DNA of 64,000 bases, taken from the IMG/VR virus record IMGVR_UViG_3300024255_001088. One strand, given 5' to 3'. Origin of the DNA: a virus. The position numbers and the translations under genes were made by a program. Below are positions 1 to 8,614 of the stretch, one piece after another. The notes beneath the pieces are model-generated. The model ran no database searches. It was not told where the DNA came from and was given only the letters and a program-made list of their open reading frames with translations. Numbering within the stretch: position 1 is the first letter of the stretch; every line of letters begins with the position of its first letter.

Positions 1-140
1 TCGAGGCTGCCGTACTGGAATTAATCTACCAAGGACATGATAGGGGTTTTTGGAAAATCGAGGAAAATCATAGACACCCACACAATAGTGATGGTGTAAA
101 TGATTTACACTCATTAAAAGGAGAAGAAGAAAATGAATAA
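1..140 (+). CDS. csgG: Curli secretion channel CsgG, C-terminal fragment (gene starts upstream of window)
   Basis: Frame from nt 3 reads EAAVLELIYQGHDRGFW..., resembling the CsgG C-terminal helix (AIETGVIFLINDGIDRGLW in E. coli); TAA at 138-140 overlaps the next gene; curlins follow. Confidence 0.75.
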   Translation, partial: EAAVLELIYQGHDRGFWKIEENHRHPHNSDGVNDLHSLKGEEENE

Positions 141-867
141 AATTTTAAGTATTTTATTACTAATGTCGACACCATTCGTTTTCGCAGCTGCAACTGATGA
201 TAATGAGATTATGATTACACAAGTTGGTGATACTCTAAAATTATATGTTGACCAAGTTGGTTTTGGTAACAAAGTAGGACTAAACGACTTTTCAAGTGGT
301 TCTGGTTCAAACATGACCATTACTGGTGTGACTTTGGATTTCAACATAGATATGATAGGTAACAAGAACTTGTTATTCGGACCTCTCGTTGCCGATACAT
401 CTAACTATACTTTATTGATGACTGGTGATTCTAACTCTATTGACTGGAACATAGGTTCTACAGGTAGTTCAGACGATTCAGATATCAATTTCAACATGAC
501 CGGCGATTCGAATACATTCGATATCGAACAAGGTGCTGTTGCAAGTGCAGAGAGATTAAATGCGGATTTAGTTCTTGTTGGTAGTAGTAATGTTTTTGAT
601 ATTGATTGGGAAGCAGATGATGTCACATGGAATTTCGATGTGACTGGTTCTAGTTCTAATTTCAACACATTGCAGAAAGATGGTTCACAAACACTTAATT
701 TTGATTTTACAGGAGACAGCGCTGATGTTGATATCACTCAGATATCAGGCACATGTGCAGCTTCTGGTAATGGGTGTGCAACACCTAATGCAAATGTCAA
801 TCTTAATGTAAACAGTGACAATGCGATTATTCAGATTACACAAAAAGATTCAGCTGGCGACAGTTAG
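133..867 (+). CDS. Secreted curlin-like beta-solenoid protein (CsgA/CsgB-like)
   Basis: Signal peptide; imperfect 22-26 aa repeats (xITQxG, MTGDSN, VGSSN); SD AAGGAG; follows csgG. Confidence 0.75.
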   Translation: MNKILSILLLMSTPFVFAAATDDNEIMITQVGDTLKLYVDQVGFGNKVGLNDFSSGSGSNMTITGVTLDFNIDMIGNKNLLFGPLVADTSNYTLLMTGDSNSIDWNIGSTGSSDDSDINFNMTGDSNTFDIEQGAVASAERLNADLVLVGSSNVFDIDWEADDVTWNFDVTGSSSNFNTLQKDGSQTLNFDFTGDSADVDITQISGTCAASGNGCATPNANVNLNVNSDNAIIQITQKDSAGDS

Positions 868-1972
868 TTTCTTTTTACTATTCGCTAGTGGGGTCAGTTC
901 TGCTGAACCCATTGGCGGTGTAATTGAATCTACAGGTGTCACATCTGTAAAAAGAGAGCAGGACAGAATTCTAACAGATGTCGGTACAGACATCAACATG
1001 TATGATGAAGCAGAGACTGCCAATGGTCGTATGCTCATACAATTTTTAGATAATGAAAAATTGAGTTTAACAGAAAACTCACTCGTTTACATAGACGAGG
1101 CATATTACGACCCCGACCCAAGTTTATCCAAAATGTCAATACGAATGGCACGAGGCACAGCACGATTCGCCTCGGGTGGTGGTTCAAGAATTAAAAAACA
1201 AAATGTAGATGTATCTACTCCTACAGCCAATATCACAATGAGAGGGACAGATTTTACAACCACCATTGATGAGTTGGGAAGGACTATGGTAATCTTACTT
1301 CCGGATGAAGAGACAGGTGAATCATCTGGAGAAATACTAGTTTATAATGACGGTGGTGAAACCGTTTTAAATCAACCATATCAGGCAACTACTGTTGCAT
1401 CGTATGATTCACCACCAACTACAGCAGTCACGGTTCAAGGTATTACGCCGAATCTGATTGACAATATGTTTATCGTAAATCCACCTTCGGAAATACGACA
1501 AGCGATGGAAGAATCCTATCAAGATGAAAATTATGATGACCAGGGTTTATTAGATGTAGACTTCTTAGAGTTCAATGAACTTGAGGGAGATGCTCTGGCC
1601 GATACGACTGAAGATTTATCATTTTCAGAGTTGGACATAGATTATTTGGATGTGGATTTTTTACAAGACTTATTAGATGTTATAGAAGAATTAGAGAAAA
1701 CCACGGTATCGTTAGATTCCAAAGGTGGTTCAAGTACTGAATTAGCTGGGTTTGCACTTAAAGGTGCATCACCAGGTTTCAACAAAGATTCTCAGTTTAA
1801 TGTTTTCGAACAAGACGGAGACCTAGTTTTCTTTCGTGATGTCCAAGGAGTCATAAATATAATTATAACAAGTGGTGGTTCGGGCATTGTAGATGCCGAA
1901 GTTCCAGGATACTCAGGTGTCATGACATTTGGAGATGGAGATGGAATTACAATTGTTATACGACAAGATTAA
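815..1972 (+). CDS. FecR-domain secreted protein
   Basis: Signal peptide; FecR motifs (IQFLDNEKLSLTENS, VSTPTANITMRGTDF); acidic linker; start may be 821. Confidence 0.8.
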   Translation: MTMRLFRLHKKIQLATVSFFLLFASGVSSAEPIGGVIESTGVTSVKREQDRILTDVGTDINMYDEAETANGRMLIQFLDNEKLSLTENSLVYIDEAYYDPDPSLSKMSIRMARGTARFASGGGSRIKKQNVDVSTPTANITMRGTDFTTTIDELGRTMVILLPDEETGESSGEILVYNDGGETVLNQPYQATTVASYDSPPTTAVTVQGITPNLIDNMFIVNPPSEIRQAMEESYQDENYDDQGLLDVDFLEFNELEGDALADTTEDLSFSELDIDYLDVDFLQDLLDVIEELEKTTVSLDSKGGSSTELAGFALKGASPGFNKDSQFNVFEQDGDLVFFRDVQGVINIIITSGGSGIVDAEVPGYSGVMTFGDGDGITIVIRQD

Positions 1973-1982
1973 GGAGAGATTT

Positions 1983-2138
1983 ATGAGCATAAATATTGAC
2001 TTTACTAAACTAAGACAATGGCATGAAAACCTAACATGGGAAGTTGCCGACTATTTTGGTTTAGATGAATATGAAATGTTATGGGTGTCATACACCGAGG
2101 GATTAATTTTAGGATTATTATTATGGTGGATTTTTTAA
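1983..2138 (+). CDS. Small membrane-anchored hypothetical protein
   Basis: SD AAGGAG before ATG 1983; hydrophobic C-terminus. Confidence 0.6.
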   Translation: MSINIDFTKLRQWHENLTWEVADYFGLDEYEMLWVSYTEGLILGLLLWWIF

Positions 2139-2785
2139 AAAGAACATTTATTGTAGGGGCATTTATTCTGATAAGTGGCCTTACTTTTGCTGACGACAAT
2201 CATGTCCATGTTGAACAAGTATCTAGTGGAGATAACTTAGATTTAAACATAACACAAATAGGTTATGATAACGAAGTAAACTTCACTGTATCTCATTCTG
2301 GTAATGTATTCAACTTAATTCAAAACGGTAATGGAAACTATATTGGTTGGGTATCCTTTTGGGGTTCAGGTAAAGCATGGGGTGGTGATATTGATGGAAC
2401 AGATAATACTGAAAACATAGAACAATGGAATGGTGCAACATATGGCCGTCACATATGGGGAAATAATAATGAAGTAGATGTCTATCAGAATGGTTCACAT
2501 ACTCATTGGTTAGATATACATATAGATGATGCTGACCATAATGCACATCAATCTGGAACAGGAAGTCATTACGCACATACATATTACTATGGTACTCAAG
2601 ACGGTTCTGTTGCTAGCATTATGCAGAAAGATACAGGAAGTCATAACGCACAAATAACACTTACAGGTAGTCAACCAACAACACTTAATTTATTACAACA
2701 AGGCGCAACCAATAAGTCTTACAATCTAACTCAAAATTGTATGACTGTTGGAGGGTGTACAGTATCGGTGACTCAAAGTGACTGA
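2123..2785 (+). CDS. Second curlin-like protein, His-rich
   Basis: Signal peptide from ATG 2123; repeats ITQIGYDN, LIQNGNGN, VYQNG, AHQSGTG; C-terminal Cys pair. Confidence 0.75.
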   Translation: MVDFLKRTFIVGAFILISGLTFADDNHVHVEQVSSGDNLDLNITQIGYDNEVNFTVSHSGNVFNLIQNGNGNYIGWVSFWGSGKAWGGDIDGTDNTENIEQWNGATYGRHIWGNNNEVDVYQNGSHTHWLDIHIDDADHNAHQSGTGSHYAHTYYYGTQDGSVASIMQKDTGSHNAQITLTGSQPTTLNLLQQGATNKSYNLTQNCMTVGGCTVSVTQSD

Positions 2786-3035
2786 ATGTCCACCAGAGTT
2801 TAATGAATGTCTCACCGAAGAAGAATACGATGAGATTTTAGACATCTTTGAAGAGAATGAAATCGCAATGCCTGAGGCACTAGGCGATGTAGAAGCTGCA
2901 TCTGATTTTGTCTGGCAAGTTCTTTTTCTCACACCAATAGAACTAGTTTACATAGGTTTTACAATGACTGTTCTCGCTACTTACGGACTGTCTATATACT
3001 ATATCTATAAAAAAATACAGAAGAAATTTTCATAA
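2778..3035 (+). CDS. Hypothetical membrane protein
   Basis: GTG start, acidic N-terminus, C-terminal TM segment; coupled to neighbours. Confidence 0.6.
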   Translation: MTECPPEFNECLTEEEYDEILDIFEENEIAMPEALGDVEAASDFVWQVLFLTPIELVYIGFTMTVLATYGLSIYYIYKKIQKKFS

Positions 3036-3217
3036 TGAACGAAGCGAATCCATTTTCAAAAAAATCAAGAGAAAGGACCATCGCAATGGTTAACGAATAT
3101 CGTAAAAAGAAAAAACAACAGTGGTGGTCAAGTTTCTGGTCAACAGTTCTTGCAATTGCACTCATTGGTGTTTGTCTATACATATTCTTTTTTGCGTGGC
3201 CTACAATTGAACAGTGA
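3035..3217 (+). CDS. Small single-TM protein
   Basis: TAATG coupling; basic N-terminus plus TM helix. Confidence 0.6.
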   Translation: MNEANPFSKKSRERTIAMVNEYRKKKKQQWWSSFWSTVLAIALIGVCLYIFFFAWPTIEQ

Positions 3218-3280
3218 TACTCAACAGATATCGAAAGTATCGACTTATCGAGTGGAAGAAAGGTAATCTCGTAGATATCT

Positions 3281-5119
3281 ATGTATAGTTGGAAAACAGT
3301 TTTAATAACCATAGTCGCCCTTGTGGGTATAAAGATATGGTCACCCTATCTAATAGATAATGTTAGATGGTCTTACTTCGATGTTCTACATCAACAAAAA
3401 GAAAATGTGATAGTAGATAACATACTACTGGTCAACATAGATGAAAAGGCAATAGAGAAGTACGGTCAGTATCCTTTTCCTAGAAATGTGTATGCAGATA
3501 CATTATGGGAAACACATCACTCAAACACTCATGTATTCAATATACTATTCGCAGAAGAAGATAGATTCGGTGGTGATGAAGTCTTTGCAGAGGCACTAGA
3601 AAACAGATTAACGATATTATCATCAGCACCAACAATTCAAAAAGAATCAGGCAACGCACCATTCGTAAACACCTCAGTATTTGGCGATGGTGATATACAA
3701 GACCATGTGTGGAATTTTCCAGGTTTAGTATCGCCAATCCCGGAACTACAAAACAGTGCTTGGGGTATGGGCGTGACAGTTGCCACACCACCTGTGGCGA
3801 ATACCCCAAATTTTGACGGAACAAACAGAGCGGTTCCGCTAGTCATCCAGGCAAATGGTCAATTATATCCAAGTTTAGGATTCGAAGTTCTCAGAGCATA
3901 CTATGACCAACCCAATTATCAAACTAGGGTAACTGCTGATGCAGGTATTGAATGGGTTAAAATGGGAAGAGACAAACCAATAGAGACCACATCAAGTGCA
4001 GACTTGATGATTTCGTATTGGAACGAATTCGAATCTATCTCATTTGCAGACTTGCAAGATTCTGATATAGAAGGAAAGATTCTAGTCTATGGACTAACCG
4101 CTGAGGGGTTATCTATTCCAGTTTCAACCCCAATGGGTGTAATGTATCCTCACGAAGTTCAAGCACACCTAATCCAAACCGTCTCGTCAGGAGTTCAAAT
4201 ACATGTATCCGAGACTCTTGAAATGCTCGAGACTTTTCTTCTTCTGTTAGTCCTTCTAGGAATACTGGTATCGGTCTACAAACTTCCCACAGCCTTCTCG
4301 GCGATAGTCTCTGTAGGGTTCGTTTTACTTCAGGTGGGGTTAAGTCACTATTTGTGGTTTTACAATCTCGTTCTTTTCGATATCTTCTGGTCATCGTTAA
4401 GCTCCGTTGTTGTTTTCGGACACGCTTCTTTTAACCAATACTATACTACTTACCAACTCAAAGAACAAATTAAGAAGCAGTTCCAAAAGTATTTATCTCC
4501 TGACATGATTGAAGAACTACAAAAAGACCCAAGTAAACTTAGACTTGGCGGAGATAGAAGAGAGATGACTTTCATGTTTATGGACATAATCGGATTCACT
4601 CCCATAAGCGAACACTATATGCAGAAAGATGATCCAGAAGGTTTAGTAGAACTCATTAATAAGTTTTTAGATATGCAAACTAAAATCATACTAAATAATA
4701 GTGGAACCATAGATAAGTATATGGGGGATTGCATAATGAGTTTTTGGAATGCACCACTTGATTGTGAAAACCACGCAGACCTTGCCGTAAAGTCAGCACT
4801 AGAAGTTTTAGATGCTACAAAGGAATTAAATGAAGAACTTAAACCTCTTAACCTGCCTCCTATTAATGTGGGCATCGGTATCAGTTCAGGCGAATGTATT
4901 GTCGGAAACATGGGTTCCGAACTTAGATTCGACTATTCCGTCATCGGAGATGCCGTCAACTTGGGCGCTAGACTCGAAGGACAAACAAGAAATTATAATG
5001 GGGTTGACTTGTTGTTATCGGAAAGAACTTATCAACTATGTCCAGACAGAGCATTCACTAGAGTTGATAGAATTACAGTTAAAGGAAAATCAGAACAGGT
5101 TACAATTTACACTTGTTGA
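3281..5119 (+). CDS. CHASE2-domain class III adenylate cyclase
   Basis: N-terminal TM, CHASE2 (NIDEKAIEKYGQYPFPR), 3 TM, catalytic FMDIIGFT, DKYMGD, IGDAVNLGARLE; Lys in DKY suggests ATP specificity. Confidence 0.9.
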   Translation: MYSWKTVLITIVALVGIKIWSPYLIDNVRWSYFDVLHQQKENVIVDNILLVNIDEKAIEKYGQYPFPRNVYADTLWETHHSNTHVFNILFAEEDRFGGDEVFAEALENRLTILSSAPTIQKESGNAPFVNTSVFGDGDIQDHVWNFPGLVSPIPELQNSAWGMGVTVATPPVANTPNFDGTNRAVPLVIQANGQLYPSLGFEVLRAYYDQPNYQTRVTADAGIEWVKMGRDKPIETTSSADLMISYWNEFESISFADLQDSDIEGKILVYGLTAEGLSIPVSTPMGVMYPHEVQAHLIQTVSSGVQIHVSETLEMLETFLLLLVLLGILVSVYKLPTAFSAIVSVGFVLLQVGLSHYLWFYNLVLFDIFWSSLSSVVVFGHASFNQYYTTYQLKEQIKKQFQKYLSPDMIEELQKDPSKLRLGGDRREMTFMFMDIIGFTPISEHYMQKDDPEGLVELINKFLDMQTKIILNNSGTIDKYMGDCIMSFWNAPLDCENHADLAVKSALEVLDATKELNEELKPLNLPPINVGIGISSGECIVGNMGSELRFDYSVIGDAVNLGARLEGQTRNYNGVDLLLSERTYQLCPDRAFTRVDRITVKGKSEQVTIYTC

Positions 5120-5423
5120 ACCAATCTCAACTAAGCAGTGGATTACATTTACCACACTACAACTTGCAGATATCTATACAACTTATCGTGGACTTAAATA
5201 CAATTGTGTTTATGAGATGAATCCAATTGTTGGTGAACAACCATCAGTACCACAAATGTTTCTTGTTAAAACACTTGTTCTCTTGCCTGCAATCGAATCC
5301 GATATGAAACGACAAACTCTCGAACCACAAACTATGGATAATATAAATCTTCTAATGGCATTAGTTGTAGGAAATAACTACAATGTATGGCACAGAGCAG
5401 AAAAAAACTGTGGAAGAAGATGA
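4830..5423 (+). CDS. Overlapping exported/membrane protein (DUF5658-like C-terminus)
   Basis: AAGGA before ATG 4830; signal-peptide-like N-terminus; C-terminal QLADIYTTYRGL...EMNP motif; 290-nt overlap with cyclase. Confidence 0.6.
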   Translation: MKNLNLLTCLLLMWASVSVQANVLSETWVPNLDSTIPSSEMPSTWALDSKDKQEIIMGLTCCYRKELINYVQTEHSLELIELQLKENQNRLQFTLVEPISTKQWITFTTLQLADIYTTYRGLKYNCVYEMNPIVGEQPSVPQMFLVKTLVLLPAIESDMKRQTLEPQTMDNINLLMALVVGNNYNVWHRAEKNCGRR

Positions 5424-6187
5424 TAATAATAACTGGTACAAAAAAAGATAACAGAGTATCTTTTCTTGTATACAATGATAATTTTGAACTACAATTGGTC
5501 AAACCCTACACTCCTGAATTAGATGACTTGTCAGTTGAAGGAATGAAATCAGGCAAAAAAACCAGACCAACCTTTAGACCCTTTGGCATAACTTATGATG
5601 AAGATAATATTTACATTGCAAATCATACTAAAATAGGTATCTATGATATCAATGATTACACATTCAAAGGTCTATTACCTATTACTAGTTTTTTTAACAC
5701 GCATCAAATATTAAAGAAAGACAATATCATGTATGTTGCGAATACACACGAAAACTCAATTGGTATACATAATTTAGATGACGGCAGTTCATTCTTTAAA
5801 GTTCTTCCTAAAAAATCTCATTGCAACAGTCTATTTTTTAAAGATGAGTTATACTATGTATTTCACAATAAAAATCTAAAACCATCTGAGTTTTATAGAG
5901 GAGATACTAAGATAAAGGAATTAGGAAGAAAATGTCATAACATAATTGTTGATGAACATTTCTATACTATTGATACAGGTGCCTATGAACTAGTCATTGA
6001 TGACGATAGATATTTCATTAATAAGGGTTTCTGTAGAGGTTTAGCAAAAAGAAATGGAAAACTTTTAGTTGGCAATAACGAAGGAGATGTTGCGTCTGTT
6101 TTTGTTTTTGATATAGAAAATAGAGTATTTAATAATCAAATAAATATAGAACACCTAGATAAAATTACAGATATAAAATGCATTTAG
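5420..6187 (+). CDS. Beta-propeller-like hypothetical protein
   Basis: ATGA coupling at 5420; blade-like motifs FRPFGITYD, HCNSL, CHNI, GFCRGLA. Confidence 0.6.
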   Translation: MIIITGTKKDNRVSFLVYNDNFELQLVKPYTPELDDLSVEGMKSGKKTRPTFRPFGITYDEDNIYIANHTKIGIYDINDYTFKGLLPITSFFNTHQILKKDNIMYVANTHENSIGIHNLDDGSSFFKVLPKKSHCNSLFFKDELYYVFHNKNLKPSEFYRGDTKIKELGRKCHNIIVDEHFYTIDTGAYELVIDDDRYFINKGFCRGLAKRNGKLLVGNNEGDVASVFVFDIENRVFNNQINIEHLDKITDIKCI

Positions 6188-6816
6188 ATAAAATATTTTA
6201 CACTCCTTTTCTGAGTCATAAATTTCCAGATAACACTGAGTTAAACAAAAACTTGATTGATGAAATTGAACAAGAAAAACTCCTTGCGCCAGATGGTGAC
6301 ACACGAAGTTTTGCTTCTACACCCAATAACACTTGGCAATCGAACACTAAGATGCAACATACTTATCATAGTTTTAGAGCTTTAACTCGTCAGATAGACG
6401 ATTTACTCCTAGAAGAAGAGATGCAAGTATCAACCTGTTGGGCTAATCTTATACATGGAGCTGGTGGATTTTCTTTTCCACATACTCATAACAGTAAAAA
6501 AAACGAAATAAGGGGTTCGGTTTCTACCAAAATGACTGCTGTATATTTTCCAAAGGGTCTAGTAGAAAAAGATAATTTCATGAAAAGTAGATATAGTAAA
6601 GACGAGGGAGATTTAATTCTCTTTTCTCCAAACTTTGCATATAAAAATTCTCATACTGATGTTTTAAGTATAAGTGTAGTAGAATCTTTATTGGTTGTAT
6701 TTCCCAATAATATAACACATATGGTTAAACCTATGCAGACAAATACAAAAAGATATTCTATAGTTTGTACATTTTCTACACCTAAACAAAAGGGAAAATA
6801 TGAATCGCTTTTCTAA
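6178..6816 (+). CDS. 2OG-Fe(II) oxygenase (TIGR02466-like)
   Basis: WAN...HTH...FPNNITHMV...RYSI. Confidence 0.75.
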   Translation: MHLDKIFYTPFLSHKFPDNTELNKNLIDEIEQEKLLAPDGDTRSFASTPNNTWQSNTKMQHTYHSFRALTRQIDDLLLEEEMQVSTCWANLIHGAGGFSFPHTHNSKKNEIRGSVSTKMTAVYFPKGLVEKDNFMKSRYSKDEGDLILFSPNFAYKNSHTDVLSISVVESLLVVFPNNITHMVKPMQTNTKRYSIVCTFSTPKQKGKYESLF

Positions 6817-7492
6817 AAATACTTCAGAAATAGATGCCGTTGTTGCATTTTCTGGCGGAGTGGAATCTACATCACTTCTACAATATCTTTGTGATAACAA
6901 ATTAAAAGTGGCTGCAATATACAGTCATTATCCTGCAAGAAAAAAAACAATTCAAGCTAATCGTCTTCCCAATCATTTAGAACTAATATGTAAACTACTT
7001 GATGTTGACTTTATAACACATACTCATGAACATTATACCAAATATCGTGATGTCGAAACTTCTTTTTATTCTACAAGACATTGGTTATTAGCAATGTGTA
7101 ATGCATCATTGAGATTTTCAAAAGTTAAAAATTTCTATTGGGGAGCAAATAGTGGTATGTTAGAGTTCAATGATGGATTAGGAGACTGTTCTATAGTCGA
7201 CCCTACAAAGTATCAGGTTCAAAATGTATTTGAGGCATTACAGAACATACCCCAAAAAGTAAAAGGATATCATGATGCAGATGCAAAACATCATGATGGA
7301 AGTTATAAACATTCTTTTGATTGGCCAATCAAACAAACAATATCAGCACCACTAATAGGTTGGACAAAAAAACAGCAATGGGATTATATAAGAGATGATA
7401 TAAAACCATTAGTTCAAAGTTGTATACATTTTACTAATTGTGGTAAATGTATGAAATGCGAAGAATTTGAATTATTAAATGTCACTAAATAA
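6800..7492 (+). CDS. QueC-like PP-loop ATPase
   Basis: AFSGGVES PP-loop; C-terminal C...CGKCMKC zinc motif. Confidence 0.7.
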   Translation: MNRFSKNTSEIDAVVAFSGGVESTSLLQYLCDNKLKVAAIYSHYPARKKTIQANRLPNHLELICKLLDVDFITHTHEHYTKYRDVETSFYSTRHWLLAMCNASLRFSKVKNFYWGANSGMLEFNDGLGDCSIVDPTKYQVQNVFEALQNIPQKVKGYHDADAKHHDGSYKHSFDWPIKQTISAPLIGWTKKQQWDYIRDDIKPLVQSCIHFTNCGKCMKCEEFELLNVTK

Positions 7493-7506
7493 TAAAAAAG
7501 GAGATT

Positions 7507-7716
7507 ATGATGCCAGTGAAATTCGGTAAAACTTCTATACAAATAGATAGAAATACAAAAAAGAAAACTATAGTTCATGACTATATGAAATGCAAATCTA
7601 ATGCAGAGTTGATAGATGCGTATAACAAACCAGTTATACCTAAACTCAGACAAAAGGTTAAAAATGAAATGGTCAGAAGAAACATAAAGGGTCTTGCAAA
7701 TATAACCTTTAGCTAG
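7507..7716 (+). CDS. Hypothetical phage protein
   Basis: SD AAGGAG; late-type CTAAATA upstream. Confidence 0.7.
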   Translation: MMPVKFGKTSIQIDRNTKKKTIVHDYMKCKSNAELIDAYNKPVIPKLRQKVKNEMVRRNIKGLANITFS

Positions 7717-7840
7717 TATAATTACTAAATACTATTGTGACACACAATTGTCACAAAACAGAAACAATTACGATACAAAGAGTAAGTAGCGAAAGCGAAG
7801 TCCAGTTGTCAGATAGTTTCTAACATAACAGGAGATAACA

Positions 7841-7951
7841 ATGCGATATTATGCATCATTGTCTGCCGAGTATCTAAAGACGCAAGCAGACAAACTACAC
7901 AACCTTATGAAATGCGGAAGATTACAGAATGTAATCAGAGACATTTATTAG
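7841..7951 (+). CDS. 36-aa peptide (not in ORF track)
   Basis: MRYYASLSAEYLKTQADKLHNLMKCGRLQNVIRDIY; SD CAGGAG. Confidence 0.55.
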   Translation: MRYYASLSAEYLKTQADKLHNLMKCGRLQNVIRDIY

Positions 7952-7964
7952 GTTTTTTTTAAAA

Positions 7965-8000
7965 ACCCCCTTGAAAAATCTGTAAAAAGACATATATAAT
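7965..8000 (+). promoter_or_regulatory. Promoter upstream of hsp20 (sigma70/sigma32-like)
   Basis: CCCCCCTTGAAA then TATAAT at 7995-8000 (18-nt spacer); CCCTTGAA resembles heat-shock -35. Confidence 0.6.
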
Positions 8001-8001
8001 A

Positions 8002-8102
8002 GTAGTACGAGAACTTCAAAAGAGCTCGGATTTGGAACTAGGATTGGCCAACGCCGACATCTAGTGACCCCAAGTCTTCAAAAGAGCTCGGTTCTCTACT
8101 AC
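8002..8102 (+). ncRNA. Candidate structured RNA with two-fold symmetric bulges (hsp20 leader)
   Basis: Direct repeat CTTCAAAAGAGCTCGG at 8014-8029 and 8076-8091 nested in a long hairpin. Confidence 0.6.
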
Positions 8103-8155
8103 CCTAATGCTCAATAGAGGTTAGGTAACATAACTTGCTTTAAATAGGAGAAAAT

Positions 8156-8563
8156 ATGACAGCAATAGATAACTTTGGTCAGTTCAGACCATTCACAATA
8201 GGATTCGATAAACTCTTTTCAGACATGGAGAGAATCTCGAATATTAACGATAACTTCCCACCTTACAATGTAATTAAGTCTTCTGAAGAGTCTTACATCA
8301 TTGAACTTGCAGTAGCAGGATTTAGTAAAGATGAATTATTCATTGAGTTTAAAGATTCAGTTCTTAAAGTCGATGGTAAGAAAGAGACTAGGGAGATTGA
8401 CTTTGCACATAAAGGTATTTCTGAGAGAAACTTTGCAAGAAGTTGGACTCTTGGTGAATATGTAAAAGTAAAGGGTGCAGAAGTTAAAGATGGTATGCTC
8501 ATCATCTCACTCTTAAAAGAGATTCCAGAAGAAGAGAAACCTCAAGTAATTAAAATTAAATAA
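8156..8563 (+). CDS. hsp20: Small heat-shock protein Hsp20 (IbpA-like)
   Basis: FPPYNV, IELAVAGF, HKGISERNF, DGML. Confidence 0.95.
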   Translation: MTAIDNFGQFRPFTIGFDKLFSDMERISNINDNFPPYNVIKSSEESYIIELAVAGFSKDELFIEFKDSVLKVDGKKETREIDFAHKGISERNFARSWTLGEYVKVKGAEVKDGMLIISLLKEIPEEEKPQVIKIK

Positions 8564-8614
8564 TTTTAAAAACCCCCTTGAAAAGTATGCAGTCTTTTAG
8601 TATACTGTATACAT

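Noticed and set aside
7736-7755. TGTGA...TCACA as a CRP site responding to the phage cyclase
   Set aside because: Spacer is 10 nt, not 6; better explained as an RNA hairpin at the predicted transcript start
8014-8091. 16-nt direct repeat as a mini-CRISPR or att site
   Set aside because: Only two copies, nested within a base-paired hairpin; no integrase seen
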